From NCBI GenBank assembly GCA_964523295.1, contig CAZGAH010000004.1:49680-112548 (forward strand): DNA of 62,869 bases. Direction: 5' to 3'. A program made the position numbers and the translations under genes. The notes beneath the pieces were generated by a model that was not told the DNA's origin, ran no database searches, and saw only the letters and a list, made by a program, of their open reading frames with translations. The stretch is from an uncultured Desulfovibrionaceae bacterium. GTDB taxonomy: Bacteria > Desulfobacterota > Desulfovibrionia > Desulfovibrionales > Desulfovibrionaceae. Shown in pieces: positions 9,304 through 18,813 of the stretch. Numbering within the stretch: position 1 is the stretch's first letter; the number at the start of each line of letters is the position of its first letter.

Positions 9304-10151
9304 CCAGCCACGACGGTGGAACGCTCCATCTTGACGTCGAAAACATTGAGATCGAACTGATCCTCGAGGCCATTCGACTGCGCTACGGCCACGATTTCAG
9401 AAACTACTCCCGTGCGCACGTCAAGCGACGTATTCTTCATCGTCAGAGCCTTTCCGGCCTGGATCGGCTCTGCGACCTGCAATACGGCATCCTGCATGAC
9501 CGGGCCATGTTCGAGGCCCTGCTGCTCGATCTCTCCATCAACGTCACCGAGATGTTCAGGGATCCCTCCTTCTATCTGGCCCTGCGCAACGAGGTCATGC
9601 CCCTGCTGCGCACCTATCCCTTCATCAAGGTCTGGCACGCCGGCTGTTCCTCCGGGGAAGAAGTCTATTCCATGGCCATCGTGCTCAAAGAAGAGGACAT
9701 GTATGACCACGCGCAGGTCTATGCCACGGATTTCAATCAGATGATCCTGCAGCGGGCCAAAGAGGCGACCTATCCCATCAATCTGATCAAGGAGTACACC
9801 GCCAACTACCAGAAAGCCGGCGGGCAGGCCTCGTTCGCCGATTATTACATCGCCAAGTACGAAACCGTGATCATCGAGCAGTCGTTGAAGCGACGTATCG
9901 TCTTCGCCGACCACAATCTCGTTACCGACGGGGTATTCGGCGAGATGAACATGATCATCTGCCGTAACGTGCTCATCTACTTCAACCGCGAACTCCAGGA
10001 CCGGGTCATCAAACTTTTTCTCGACAGCCTCTGCCCCGGCGGCTTCCTCTGCCTGGGGTCCAAAGAATCCTTGAAATTCTCCAAGTACGCGGAAGCATTC
10101 GAGCCTGTGGTCGAAAAAGAAAAAATGTATAAAAAGCGTCTGGGGATCTGA
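9300..10151 (+). CDS. cheR: CheR-type protein-glutamate O-methyltransferase
   Basis: The ATG at 9300 overlaps the kinase stop (ATGA at 9300-9303). Motifs present are MFRDPSFY, the SAM-binding KVWHAGCSSGEEVYSMAI, and IICRNVLIYF. The longer track ORF from 9042 is an out-of-frame overlap with the kinase. Confidence 0.9.
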   Translation: MTSHDGGTLHLDVENIEIELILEAIRLRYGHDFRNYSRAHVKRRILHRQSLSGLDRLCDLQYGILHDRAMFEALLLDLSINVTEMFRDPSFYLALRNEVMPLLRTYPFIKVWHAGCSSGEEVYSMAIVLKEEDMYDHAQVYATDFNQMILQRAKEATYPINLIKEYTANYQKAGGQASFADYYIAKYETVIIEQSLKRRIVFADHNLVTDGVFGEMNMIICRNVLIYFNRELQDRVIKLFLDSLCPGGFLCLGSKESLKFSKYAEAFEPVVEKEKMYKKRLGI

Positions 10152-10181
10152 GGCTCCCGGACAAAACGGACTGTTATCGGC

Positions 10182-10820
10182 ATGAGTGATATCTCTTGCA
10201 CCAGCGACCTTCGCTACGATGCGGTGGTTATCGGCGTCTCCGCGGGCGGATTAAAGGCCTTGCGGACTATTTTACCGGCATTGAGTCCGTATTTTCCCGT
10301 CCCTGTTCTCGTTGTCCAGCATCTCAGCCCGCAGGCCGACGACTTTCTTGCCCGTTTTCTCAATGAGATCAGCCAGGTCAAGGTCAAGGAAGCCGATGAA
10401 AAAGAACCCTTGCTGCCCGGCACGGTCTACCTTGCGCCGCCCAACTACCATCTGCTTGTGGAGACCGACAAAACCCTGTCCCTGTCCGTGGAGGGGCGCG
10501 TTAATTACGCCCGGCCTTCGATTGATGTGCTCTTTCTGACCGCCTCCGAGGCCTTCGGGGCGAGGCTCATCGGTCTGGTGCTGACCGGCGCGAACGACGA
10601 CGGCAGCCGCGGACTCAAGCGCATCAAACAGCGTGGCGGCCTGGCGCTGGTCCAGGACCCGGCAACGGCCGACGCGGACCACATGCCCCGCGCAGCCATT
10701 ACCGCGGCCAACCCGGATGCCATCATCCCCTTGCAGGAGATTGCTGCCTTTCTGGAGTGCGCTGTCTACGGCATCGAGCACTGTCCGGGAAAGCAGCAAA
10801 GCCCGCCCGACCCCGCCTGA
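10182..10820 (+). CDS. cheB: CheB-type protein-glutamate methylesterase, catalytic domain only (no receiver domain)
   Basis: The contexts of the CheB Ser-His-Asp triad are present: GVSAGGLKAL, VVQHLSP and LTGANDDGSRG. The protein is only 212 aa and starts directly with the esterase fold. Confidence 0.85.
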   Translation: MSDISCTSDLRYDAVVIGVSAGGLKALRTILPALSPYFPVPVLVVQHLSPQADDFLARFLNEISQVKVKEADEKEPLLPGTVYLAPPNYHLLVETDKTLSLSVEGRVNYARPSIDVLFLTASEAFGARLIGLVLTGANDDGSRGLKRIKQRGGLALVQDPATADADHMPRAAITAANPDAIIPLQEIAAFLECAVYGIEHCPGKQQSPPDPA

Positions 10821-10838
10821 CGCCACCGACGCCCGGCC

Positions 10839-12149
10839 TTATCTGATGGGCAGCAAGATGAAAAAGGTGGTCCCTTTTCCCGGCTCGCTCTGCGCCCAGA
10901 GACGGCCTCCGTGGTGTTGCACGATGTGGTTGCTGATGGGAACGCCCAGGCCCGTCCCCTGCGGTTTGTCGGTCAGACCGTCCCCGGTCTGGCGAAAGAT
11001 GGCGAATACGCTCTCGTATTCACTGGCGGAAAAGCCGCGACCGGTATCCTGCACGGTGATGAGCACGGCGTGCCCACGGTTGACGGCACGACAGGCAATA
11101 TGCCCGTGATCGGTAAACTTGACGGCGTTGGCGAGGAGACTGCCAATGGCCTGAACCAGTCTGATCCGGTCTCCGGTGATGATCGGCAAATCGGGAGCAA
11201 TCTCCAGCTTGAATTCAAGCCCTTTCTCCTCGATGGCCCGGGCATGGGCCGTAACGGCTTGCCTGATCACCTCGGCCAGGTCCACCCGCCCTTTGCTCCA
11301 TTGGACCTCGCCGGTCTCCATCTGCGTGATATCAAGCACGTCACGAATCCTGGTCGTCAAACGCCTGGCCTCGGCGATGATGATGTCGATATTCTGATCC
11401 ACGCGCTGCATGGCCTTGCGCGTGGCGGTGGCATTCGGATCTACCGTCGCGTCGTCACAGAAATGGGGATACAGGGACTCGTGCAGGACATGTCGGATAC
11501 GCGAGGCAAACCCCAGCACCGAGGTCAACGGGCTGAGAAGCTCGTGAGAGACATTGGAGAGAAAGGCGGTTTTCATATCGTCGAGCGCCTTAAGCTCCGC
11601 ATAGGCCTTTTCCAGCTCCGCAGTGCGCTCCTGGACACGCTTCTCCAGATGCAGGTTCAAATCTTCCAACTGCTTATACGCCTCGGCCAGGCTGCCCGTC
11701 AGCTCGAGCAGTCCGCGTTCATTGAGAATGCGGTTGTTCATCTCCTGCCTGAAGAGCAGAACGGACTTGACCCTGGCCAGCAGTTCGATCTTACGCACCG
11801 GCTTGCCGATGTAATCCAGCGCGCCGGCAGCAAAGGCGTTCTGAAGACTCTCTTCGTCGTCGCTGCCGGTGACCATGACGACGGGAACGTCCTCGATCGT
11901 CGGGTCGGCCTTGATCAGGCGCAGAGTCTCAATGCCGCTCAACCCGGGCATGTTGATGTCCATGAGCACCAGATCCACCGCCTCGCCAGGCACCTGAGAC
12001 CGCTGCCGCAGCAGCTCCAGGGCCTGCTCGCCCGAAGACGCCGTGACCAGACTCGGGTACCCGGCCTTCAACAGTATCGTCTTCAGCAGCAGCAGAGAAG
12101 AATCGGAGTCGTCGACGATGAGCAGGGTCGTATCGGTCGCGTTGCTCAT
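10839..12149 (-). CDS. response-regulator receiver fused to a histidine kinase (REC-coiled coil-HisKA-HATPase)
   Basis: N-terminal REC (LLIVDDSDSSLLLL, VLMDINMPGLSG, GKPV), H-box NVSHELLSPLTSV, and HATPase boxes (LLANAVKFT, DTGRGF, GTGLGV). It is convergent with cheB, with 18 nt between the stops. Confidence 0.9.
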   Translation of the reverse strand: MSNATDTTLLIVDDSDSSLLLLKTILLKAGYPSLVTASSGEQALELLRQRSQVPGEAVDLVLMDINMPGLSGIETLRLIKADPTIEDVPVVMVTGSDDEESLQNAFAAGALDYIGKPVRKIELLARVKSVLLFRQEMNNRILNERGLLELTGSLAEAYKQLEDLNLHLEKRVQERTAELEKAYAELKALDDMKTAFLSNVSHELLSPLTSVLGFASRIRHVLHESLYPHFCDDATVDPNATATRKAMQRVDQNIDIIIAEARRLTTRIRDVLDITQMETGEVQWSKGRVDLAEVIRQAVTAHARAIEEKGLEFKLEIAPDLPIITGDRIRLVQAIGSLLANAVKFTDHGHIACRAVNRGHAVLITVQDTGRGFSASEYESVFAIFRQTGDGLTDKPQGTGLGVPISNHIVQHHGGRLWAQSEPGKGTTFFILLPIR

Positions 12150-12378
12150 AGAGAAACAATCCTGCCCCTCTTCAGAATGGAAAACAACCGCCCGACACGC
12201 GGGATGAACATCCCGGTAGCGATCCGAAAAACAGACGATATCACTGTTGGTGATGGAAAAGGCTGGCAGAACGTCCGCGATACGTTCCTGATACGATGAG
12301 ACTGGTCGAGCAAAGGTTTTCCCCCCGTTTGCTGAACGCGTCCGGTCTGCTTTACCCTGGTCCCCGGTTCAGCAGAAA

Positions 12379-13131
12379 TCAGAGAATCTGGTCGAGAAAT
12401 TTTTTCAGTCTCGGATGTTCCGCTCCGTCGAAAAATTGATCCGGTGATCCCTTTTCCAGAATTTCGCCGTGGTCCATGAAGACCACCGTGTCGGCGACCT
12501 GCCGGGCGAAGCCCATTTCGTGCGTGACCACGACCATAGTCATGCCTTCGTTGGCCAGCGCGACCATGACGTCGAGCACCTCGCCAATCATTTCCGGATC
12601 CAGCGCCGAGGTGGGCTCGTCGAAAAGCATGATTTTGGGATTCATGGCCAGCGCCCTGGCGATGGCCACGCGCTGCTGCTGCCCTCCCGAGAGCTTGGCG
12701 GGATAGACGTCGGCCTTGGCCTTGATGCCGACCTTGTCCAGCAGTTCCAAAGCCCTGACCTCGGCCTGTTCCCTGGGGATCTTCTTGAGCTTGACAGGTG
12801 CCAGGGTCAGATTCTGGAGCACGGTCTTGTGCGGAAAGAGGTTGAACTGCTGAAAAACCATGCCCAGTTCGGTACGAATGACGTTGATGTCGTTGTTGCG
12901 GTCGTTGATGTCCAGGCCGTCAACAATGATCCGCCCCCGGTCTATTGTTTCCAGCCGGTTGATGGTCCGCAGCAGCGTGCTCTTGCCCGAGCCGCTGGGG
13001 CCGATGATGACGGCCTTTTCGCCAGGTGCGATGGACAGGGAGACGTCGTTCAACGCCCGCAGCTGGCCAAAATACTTGAAAACCCGATCGATAGTGATTA
13101 TCGGCGCTGCGGCCGTATCAGTCGCGGTCAT
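12379..13131 (-). CDS. polar amino-acid ABC transporter, ATP-binding protein (GlnQ/HisP-like)
   Basis: Walker [10 protein letters not shown], signature [15 protein letters not shown], Walker [13 protein letters not shown], and H-loop VVVTHEM. Confidence 0.92.
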   Translation of the reverse strand: MTATDTAAAPIITIDRVFKYFGQLRALNDVSLSIAPGEKAVIIGPSGSGKSTLLRTINRLETIDRGRIIVDGLDINDRNNDINVIRTELGMVFQQFNLFPHKTVLQNLTLAPVKLKKIPREQAEVRALELLDKVGIKAKADVYPAKLSGGQQQRVAIARALAMNPKIMLFDEPTSALDPEMIGEVLDVMVALANEGMTMVVVTHEMGFARQVADTVVFMDHGEILEKGSPDQFFDGAEHPRLKKFLDQIL

Positions 13132-13900
13132 AGTAGTTCAACTTGTTTTCCATGAGGCTGACTCCCTTGGACAGAAGCAGCGTGATAAACAGGTACACCA
13201 GCGCGACCATGGTATAGGCCTCGAAATAATAAAAACTCTCGCTGGCGAACTCGCGCCCGCGCCGCAGCATGTCCGAGACAGCCAGAATGGACACCAGCGA
13301 GCTGTCCTTGAGCAGGGCAATGAATTCGTTGCCTACGGGTGGCAGGATGGTCCTCCAGGCCTGCGGCAGCACCACCAGAAACATGGTCTGCGTGCGGTTG
13401 AAACCCAGCGAACGCGCCGCCTCGGTCTGGCCCTTGTCTATAGCCTCTATGCCGGCCCTGAACACCTCGCCCATATACGCCCCGTAGCAGAAGCTCATGG
13501 CGATGACTGCGGCAAAAATGTCCGGCACTTTGACAATACGGCCCAGGGCATAATAGATGTAAAAGAGTTGAACCAGCAGCGGAATGCCGCGGACGATCTC
13601 GACATAGGTCGAAGCGACGAGATTGATGAACCGGTTGCGCGAGATGCGGCCCAGGCCGGTTATCAGGCCGATCACCAGGGCCAGCACAATGGACATTACC
13701 GTAACCTGGAAGGTGACCAGAATGCCGTCGGGCAAAAACTTCAAAATACGCCAGTAGGGATCCGGGCGAAACACGATCAGACAGACAATCACCGCAATGG
13801 CCCCGATGAATGCCAGCCACCAGGCATTGAGCAGCCCTTTGTCTTTCTTGCTGGGAATGGCCGCGCCATCTCCTATTTCTATTCTGACATTTTCCGCCAT
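13118..13900 (-). CDS. polar amino-acid ABC transporter permease (His/Glu/Gln/Arg/opine family)
   Basis: 260-aa multi-TM protein with the EAA-like loop ([28 protein letters not shown]). It overlaps the ATPase gene start by 14 nt. Confidence 0.9.
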   Translation of the reverse strand: MAENVRIEIGDGAAIPSKKDKGLLNAWWLAFIGAIAVIVCLIVFRPDPYWRILKFLPDGILVTFQVTVMSIVLALVIGLITGLGRISRNRFINLVASTYVEIVRGIPLLVQLFYIYYALGRIVKVPDIFAAVIAMSFCYGAYMGEVFRAGIEAIDKGQTEAARSLGFNRTQTMFLVVLPQAWRTILPPVGNEFIALLKDSSLVSILAVSDMLRRGREFASESFYYFEAYTMVALVYLFITLLLSKGVSLMENKLNYYDRD

Positions 13901-13930
13901 TGGGGCCTCGTCGTCAATGAAGCAGGAGGG

Positions 13931-13956
13931 GCGCCGGGAGGATATCCTCCCGGCGC
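13931..13956 (-). promoter_or_regulatory. perfect intercistronic hairpin between the binding-protein and permease genes
   Basis: GCGCCGGGAGGAT / ATCCTCCCGGCGC, with 13-nt perfectly complementary arms read directly. No U-run follows on the coding (minus) strand, so this is more likely an mRNA-stability or processing element than a terminator. Confidence 0.55.
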
Positions 13957-13983
13957 GCCCGGTTCGTTGTTGCTCTGTTCAGC

Positions 13984-14730
13984 CTACTTGCGGCCAAACC
14001 ACTTTGTCATAAGCTCGTCGTACGCTCCGCTTGCCTTGACCGCGGCCAGGCCCTTGTTGATCAGAGCCAGGGACTCGGTGTCGCCCTTCTTCACCGGCCA
14101 GCCGTAGTATTCCTTTTCCGGGGTTTCGATGATGAAGGCGATGGTCAGCTTTTCCTTGTATTCCTTTTTCTGCAGGGCGTAATCCGCGGCCACCGGGTCG
14201 TCACAGAAGACCGCGTCGATCCGGCCATTGAACAGGTCTTCCATGGCCAGGCCGATCTCGTCGTAGGACTTGCCATTCGCGCCCTCGATCTTTTTGATGG
14301 CGAAAAAGCCCGTCGTGCCGATCTGCCCGCCGACCTGCTTGCCCTTCAGGTCGGTAACGGCCGCAATGCCGCCACCCTTCTGAACGACGACGGCCTGCTT
14401 GACTTCAAAATACGGCTCGCTGAAATCCATGGTCTTTTTCCGCTCATCGGTAATCGACACCGAGGAGGAAATGGCGTCGTACTTCCCGGCTTCCAGACCG
14501 GCAAAAATGCCGTCCCAGGCGGTATTCTTCACCACGGCCGTGAATCCCGCCGCCTTGGCCATGGCAGCGAGCAGTTCCGGAGCAAAGCCCGTAATCTCTT
14601 TATTCTCGTTCATGAATTCCATTGGCGGCCACGTACAGTCCGCAGCGAAGGTGAGGGTCTTCTCCTCCGCCCGGGCAACGCCGGACATCAGCGCAAGCAG
14701 CAATACGACCAGAAAAATTTTCCGCAGCAT
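13984..14730 (-). CDS. amino-acid ABC transporter substrate-binding protein (SBP family 3)
   Basis: The internal ATG at 14728-14730 gives the signal peptide MLRKIFLVVLLLALMSGVARA, preceded by GGAGGAAAAGGGA. The mature part is SBP_bac_3-like (TFAADCTWPPMEF, WDGIFAGLEAGKYDAI). Confidence 0.85.
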   Translation of the reverse strand: MLRKIFLVVLLLALMSGVARAEEKTLTFAADCTWPPMEFMNENKEITGFAPELLAAMAKAAGFTAVVKNTAWDGIFAGLEAGKYDAISSSVSITDERKKTMDFSEPYFEVKQAVVVQKGGGIAAVTDLKGKQVGGQIGTTGFFAIKKIEGANGKSYDEIGLAMEDLFNGRIDAVFCDDPVAADYALQKKEYKEKLTIAFIIETPEKEYYGWPVKKGDTESLALINKGLAAVKASGAYDELMTKWFGRK

Positions 14731-14877
14731 TCCCTTTTCCTCCCGTGAGTAATTAAGATGGTACGCCGGAGCACACGCTCTCGTACGCATTCGTGACCCA
14801 AGCAAGGCTGGCGCGCACGGTCTCTTTTGGTAGTAATATCATGCCAATGTCAACTCTTTTGTCCCCCGGCCGGCAAA

Positions 14878-16086
14878 TTACGCGTAGGCCAGGGCCGCGA
14901 AGCTCACCGCCGAATGCGTCGGCTGTTCGTGCCAGATGTCATACCCGAGCACCTGCCCCCGCGCCTGGGGAATCGCCTCGAGCAGGCAGGCCAGGGCGCT
15001 GAAGCCGCAGACATTGAAACAGTCCTGAACGCGAACGGACTCGGCCCAGAAGCCGGGCGCATCGGCAGCGGCCAGGCGTTCCAGCAACGCCGTGTCGTGG
15101 GCCTTGGCCTGCGCCTCGAGCAACGATGCCGGTTGCGGGTGTCCGAACTTGAGCCCGAAGTGCGAAAAATCCACTCCCGCGAGCAGCAAGGTTCCCGGCG
15201 TGTCGGCCAGATCGCGCAGGACGTCCAGGAACGGACCGGCCTTCTCCAGAAAGGCATCCCGGCTGTACCGGGGCAACCCGCTCAGCAACGAGCCGCAGAG
15301 CACGGGCACGATGCTGAAGGAGTCGGGCGCCAGCACGTGCTGTAAAAAAACAACCTGGAACTCCACCGAGTGCTCGGCACGGTGGGCATAATCATCGCCG
15401 GCGCAGCACTCGCCCGCAGCCAGGCTCAACAGCCGCACGGCATCTTTATCCGTGCGCACGCGCCCAAGCGGCGTGTCGAAGTCCTTTTCGGTGAGCGAAA
15501 ACAACCCATGCATCAGGCTGTGACCGACGCCGAGAACAATCACCCGCGAGGGTCTGGCCGCACGTAGCATCTGATACGCGCAAGAATAGACGCGCGCCCC
15601 GATCTGCGGATCGATATGCGGCGCGACAAGTCCGGCCAGCTGCCCCTCCGGCGCAGAAGGCGCCGGGGCGACGCGCAGGATGGCATCGAGCTGGCTGGAA
15701 AGCGCGGCCGGATCGTCCGCAAAGGCCCGACCGGCATGAGCCGCAGGCCGGACCGGCCGGGCAGCGTACTCGGCGAGCACCGTGGCCCGGGCCTGCGCAT
15801 AGGATGGCGAATCGAGCAGAAACAAACTGTCCAGCTCGTCCAACAGCTCCCGCACCTCGACCGCGGAGATGAGCTTGCCACCCTGCGCCTGCGCGATTTC
15901 CAGCTGCAACGCGGATACCGAACGGTTGCCGTCGAGCAACGCCAGGATGCGGCAGAACGTGGCCGGAAAGGCCAGTCCCTCGCGCACCAGCCCCAGCGCG
16001 TCGCGTATGAATACGAGCTGCTTGCCTTCATGCTGCAGGGGAAGAAATTCAAGGTCCCGACGAAGGGCCGCAGGATTTTCAGACAT
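14878..16086 (-). CDS. Memo-family (AmmeMemoRadiSam protein B-like) protein with an extra N-terminal domain of about 130 aa
   Basis: Start taken at MSENPAAL (ATG 16084-16086). The C-terminal ~270 aa carry Memo-like blocks: GLVAPHID, VIVLGVGH, AEHSVEFQVVFLQH, LAGVDFSHFG and NVCGFSA. Confidence 0.75.
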   Translation of the reverse strand: MSENPAALRRDLEFLPLQHEGKQLVFIRDALGLVREGLAFPATFCRILALLDGNRSVSALQLEIAQAQGGKLISAVEVRELLDELDSLFLLDSPSYAQARATVLAEYAARPVRPAAHAGRAFADDPAALSSQLDAILRVAPAPSAPEGQLAGLVAPHIDPQIGARVYSCAYQMLRAARPSRVIVLGVGHSLMHGLFSLTEKDFDTPLGRVRTDKDAVRLLSLAAGECCAGDDYAHRAEHSVEFQVVFLQHVLAPDSFSIVPVLCGSLLSGLPRYSRDAFLEKAGPFLDVLRDLADTPGTLLLAGVDFSHFGLKFGHPQPASLLEAQAKAHDTALLERLAAADAPGFWAESVRVQDCFNVCGFSALACLLEAIPQARGQVLGYDIWHEQPTHSAVSFAALAYA

Positions 16087-16209
16087 ACGCGTGCTCCGCC
16101 CTGCCGCGCGGGCAGGAATCACTCCGGTCACGCCGGGAGTTCGCGCTCGGGCGGCAGGGCCGCCTGCCACCAGGCGCAAAACGAACCTGACGTTCGTGAC
16201 GGGCGAGGG

Positions 16210-17217
16210 TCAGACATTGAAACGAAATTCGATAATGTCGCCGTCCTGAACCACGTACTCCTTGCCCTCGAGTCGGACCAGACCGCGCTCCCGGGCCTTC
16301 TTGAAATCGCCGCAGGCCACGAAATCCGCATACCCCAAGACCTCGGCCCGGATGAATCCTTTCTGAAAATCGGAATGGATCACCCCGGCAGCCTCGGGAG
16401 CCGTGGCCCCGCGCCGTACCGGCCAGGACCGGACTTCCTTCTCGCCGGCCGTCAGAAAGGAAATCAAGCCCAACAGTCTGTAGGTTGCGGCGATGACGCG
16501 GTCGAGCACGGACTCGCTGACGCCAAGATCCTGGAGAAACATAGCCCGCTCCTCCGGATCGGCAAGCTCGGCAAGCTCACGCTCCAGCCTGGCCGCGAAC
16601 ACAATATGCTCCATGCCGGGACCGGCCTCAGGCGGATGAAACTCCCCGAGCAGGGATTCGGAGCAATTCCAGGCGTAGAGCACGGGCTTGGCGGAAAGAA
16701 AGCGGTAGCCACGCAGCTGAGGCGCCTCGGCCAGCACCGGGGACGTCCGCAACGGCGCGTCCGTCTCAAGGTGTGCCCGGGCCTGCACAAGCAGCTCTTC
16801 TTCCTTGGGATCGACCAGGCTCTTGGCCTTGCGTTTGTCGAGCACGATCCGCTCCAGACGCTTTTCCACTACGGCCAGATCGGTCACGACCAGATCGGCC
16901 TCCACGCCCTGCCACTGCTCGCGCGGATCGTTCGCGCCGGTAAAGGCGTCCAGCACGGCCAGCAGACAGTCGCAAGGCCGGATGTCATTGAGCACGCGTT
17001 CGCTCAATCCGTGCCCCTTGCCGCCGCCCGGGATGTCCACATATTCAATTTCACTGTACGTGACCTTTTTGGCGGTGTAGAGCCGGACCAAAGGGTCCAG
17101 CCGCGGCTCCGGAACCTTGACCATAGCCCGGTTGCCTCCACCCGCCGCCGCGGGCGCCAGCGCTGCGAACAACTCGCTTTTCCCGCTGCCCGCATAACCG
17201 ATTATCGCTGTTTTCAT
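16210..17217 (-). CDS. YchF/OLA1-like P-loop NTPase (DUF933-type C-terminus)
   Basis: Start at MKTAIIGYAGSGKSELF (ATG 17215-17217). The C-terminus HSDFQKGFIRAEV...DGDIIEFRFNV resembles the YchF TGS-like end. The P-loop GYAGSGKS differs from the canonical YchF G1 motif. Confidence 0.75.
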   Translation of the reverse strand: MKTAIIGYAGSGKSELFAALAPAAAGGGNRAMVKVPEPRLDPLVRLYTAKKVTYSEIEYVDIPGGGKGHGLSERVLNDIRPCDCLLAVLDAFTGANDPREQWQGVEADLVVTDLAVVEKRLERIVLDKRKAKSLVDPKEEELLVQARAHLETDAPLRTSPVLAEAPQLRGYRFLSAKPVLYAWNCSESLLGEFHPPEAGPGMEHIVFAARLERELAELADPEERAMFLQDLGVSESVLDRVIAATYRLLGLISFLTAGEKEVRSWPVRRGATAPEAAGVIHSDFQKGFIRAEVLGYADFVACGDFKKARERGLVRLEGKEYVVQDGDIIEFRFNV

Positions 17218-17673
17218 GATACACTCCGCTCTGCTCTTTTCCCGCACGGGCTTATCAGGTCTTCGCGACAAAGCAAAGAGAAAGGACAGCCGACAATTCA
17301 CGCCCCGCTTCCCACGCAGCCCAAAGGCACAGGCACGCCCTACGACACGTGCGATACGCGCTCCCGGGAATCCGATTCAGACAGCCCGTCCCTGGTAACG
17401 TGTCATGACCCGTGCGTAGCCGACAAACTGCTGACGACGGACATGATCGTCAAGTCCTGGTGTCTCTTGCATCCGGAAAACGGGCACGCGGAGTGACCGT
17501 CCCGCAACAGGATACGCGGAGACAGGCCTCTCGGCCTGACTCGCTGCCGACCCGTCATCGACGCTGACTTTCCTCTGAGTTCGTGGAGTGACGCGACGGA
17601 CGAGCGCGTTCGCTATCGCTGAGCGCACGCTGGCAACTGTTGCGAAGCAACGCCCTGAACGACCGCGTCCGCG

Positions 17674-18813
17674 TCAGCTGAACTGCGCAACGGGCAGACG
17701 CACGGTGATCGTTGTTCCGGTCGCTTCCGTTGTTGTCATGGCAATGCTGCCGCCCTGCGTCTCGGCAATGAGCCGGGCCGAGTAGGTGCCGAGTCCGGTG
17801 CCGCGATCCTTGCCCGACGTGGCGTATTTTTCGAAAAAACGCTCCCGGATGGCCTCCGGGACGACGCCGAGATTGTGTATGGCAATGGCGGCCGCGTCGT
17901 CGTACGCGCAGGCGACAGTCACCACGCTGTGCTCCGGCGCTGCCTCGAGGGCATTCTTGATGAGATTGGCAAACATGGAATGACAGAGCAGGGCCTCCGC
18001 CTGAACCACGAATGTATCCGCCTCGCCCGCGTCGCGACCGTCCAGGGAGAGTCTCAGTTCGATGTGCCGCAATTCCAGCACCATCGAAAATTCCTTCCGT
18101 ATCTTGCGCACTATCCTGAGCACATCGACAGACGCCGATCGGCAGACATAGCTGCCGGTCTCCATTTTATACATATCCAGGGCCAGATTGACCATGTCCA
18201 GCATCCGGTAACCCTGCTCCTCGATGAGCTGCAGAATACTGCGATCCTCTTCGTCCAGAATCGTATCGAGCTTGTCCATGAGCAGCTGCGGCAGGTTGAT
18301 TATCGCCGTGATGGGTGATTTGAGGTCGTGTCGGGTAATGCGCTCGACATCCTCGCGCAGCCGCGCGTTTTCCTGAAGAATGTCATTCTGGCGTCGCAGA
18401 TCGCGCCGCGCCTGAAACAAGGCCAGGTGATTGGCGACACGGGCCTTGACAATCGCCGGACTGAAGGGCTTGGGAACATAATCCGCCGCCCCGAGGGCCA
18501 GTCCCTTGACTTCAGCGCCCTCGTCCCCCAGCGCCGTGATGAATATCACGGGAATGTCCTTCAGGCCTTCATCTGCCTTGATCCGGCGACAGACTTCATA
18601 CCCGTCGAGCCCGGGCATCATGATGTCGAGCAATATGAGATCGGGCGGTTCCGCGGCGATGAATCGCAACGCGCGCTCCCCGTCCAGGGCCACGCGCACG
18701 TCGTATTCCGGGTCCAGCAGATTCACCAGCACGTCGATGTTGGCCTTCGTGTCTTCCACGATCAGTATGGTAAAACGCGGCTCGTCAACCATCAGGAAAT
18801 CCTCGATTCGCAA
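17674..18813 (-). CDS. receiver domain fused to a histidine kinase-like core (REC-DHp-HATPase)
   Basis: REC (ILIVEDTKANIDVL, LLDIMMPGLDGY, PKPF), a DHp-like segment ITRHDLKSPITAI, and an ATPase end (GTGLGTYSARLIAE). An alternative start MVDEPRF at 18792 overlaps the upstream stop by 1 nt. The ATG at 18813 would overlap it by 22 nt. Confidence 0.85.
   Translation of the reverse strand: MRIEDFLMVDEPRFTILIVEDTKANIDVLVNLLDPEYDVRVALDGERALRFIAAEPPDLILLDIMMPGLDGYEVCRRIKADEGLKDIPVIFITALGDEGAEVKGLALGAADYVPKPFSPAIVKARVANHLALFQARRDLRRQNDILQENARLREDVERITRHDLKSPITAIINLPQLLMDKLDTILDEEDRSILQLIEEQGYRMLDMVNLALDMYKMETGSYVCRSASVDVLRIVRKIRKEFSMVLELRHIELRLSLDGRDAGEADTFVVQAEALLCHSMFANLIKNALEAAPEHSVVTVACAYDDAAAIAIHNLGVVPEAIRERFFEKYATSGKDRGTGLGTYSARLIAETQGGSIAMTTTEATGTTITVRLPVAQFS

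Noticed and set aside
12330-12378. GCTGAAC...GTTCAGC inverted repeat after the ABC ATPase gene, considered as a terminator
   Set aside because: The stem is only 7-8 bp with a ~29-nt loop and no U-run, which is too weak to annotate.
17631-17644. TGGCAACTGTTGCG, considered as a sigma-54 promoter in the 455-nt gap between the YchF-like gene and the REC-kinase
   Set aside because: The GG and GC elements are too close together (about 3 nt instead of 5 between TGGCAC and TTGC), and the orientation does not serve either flanking minus-strand gene.
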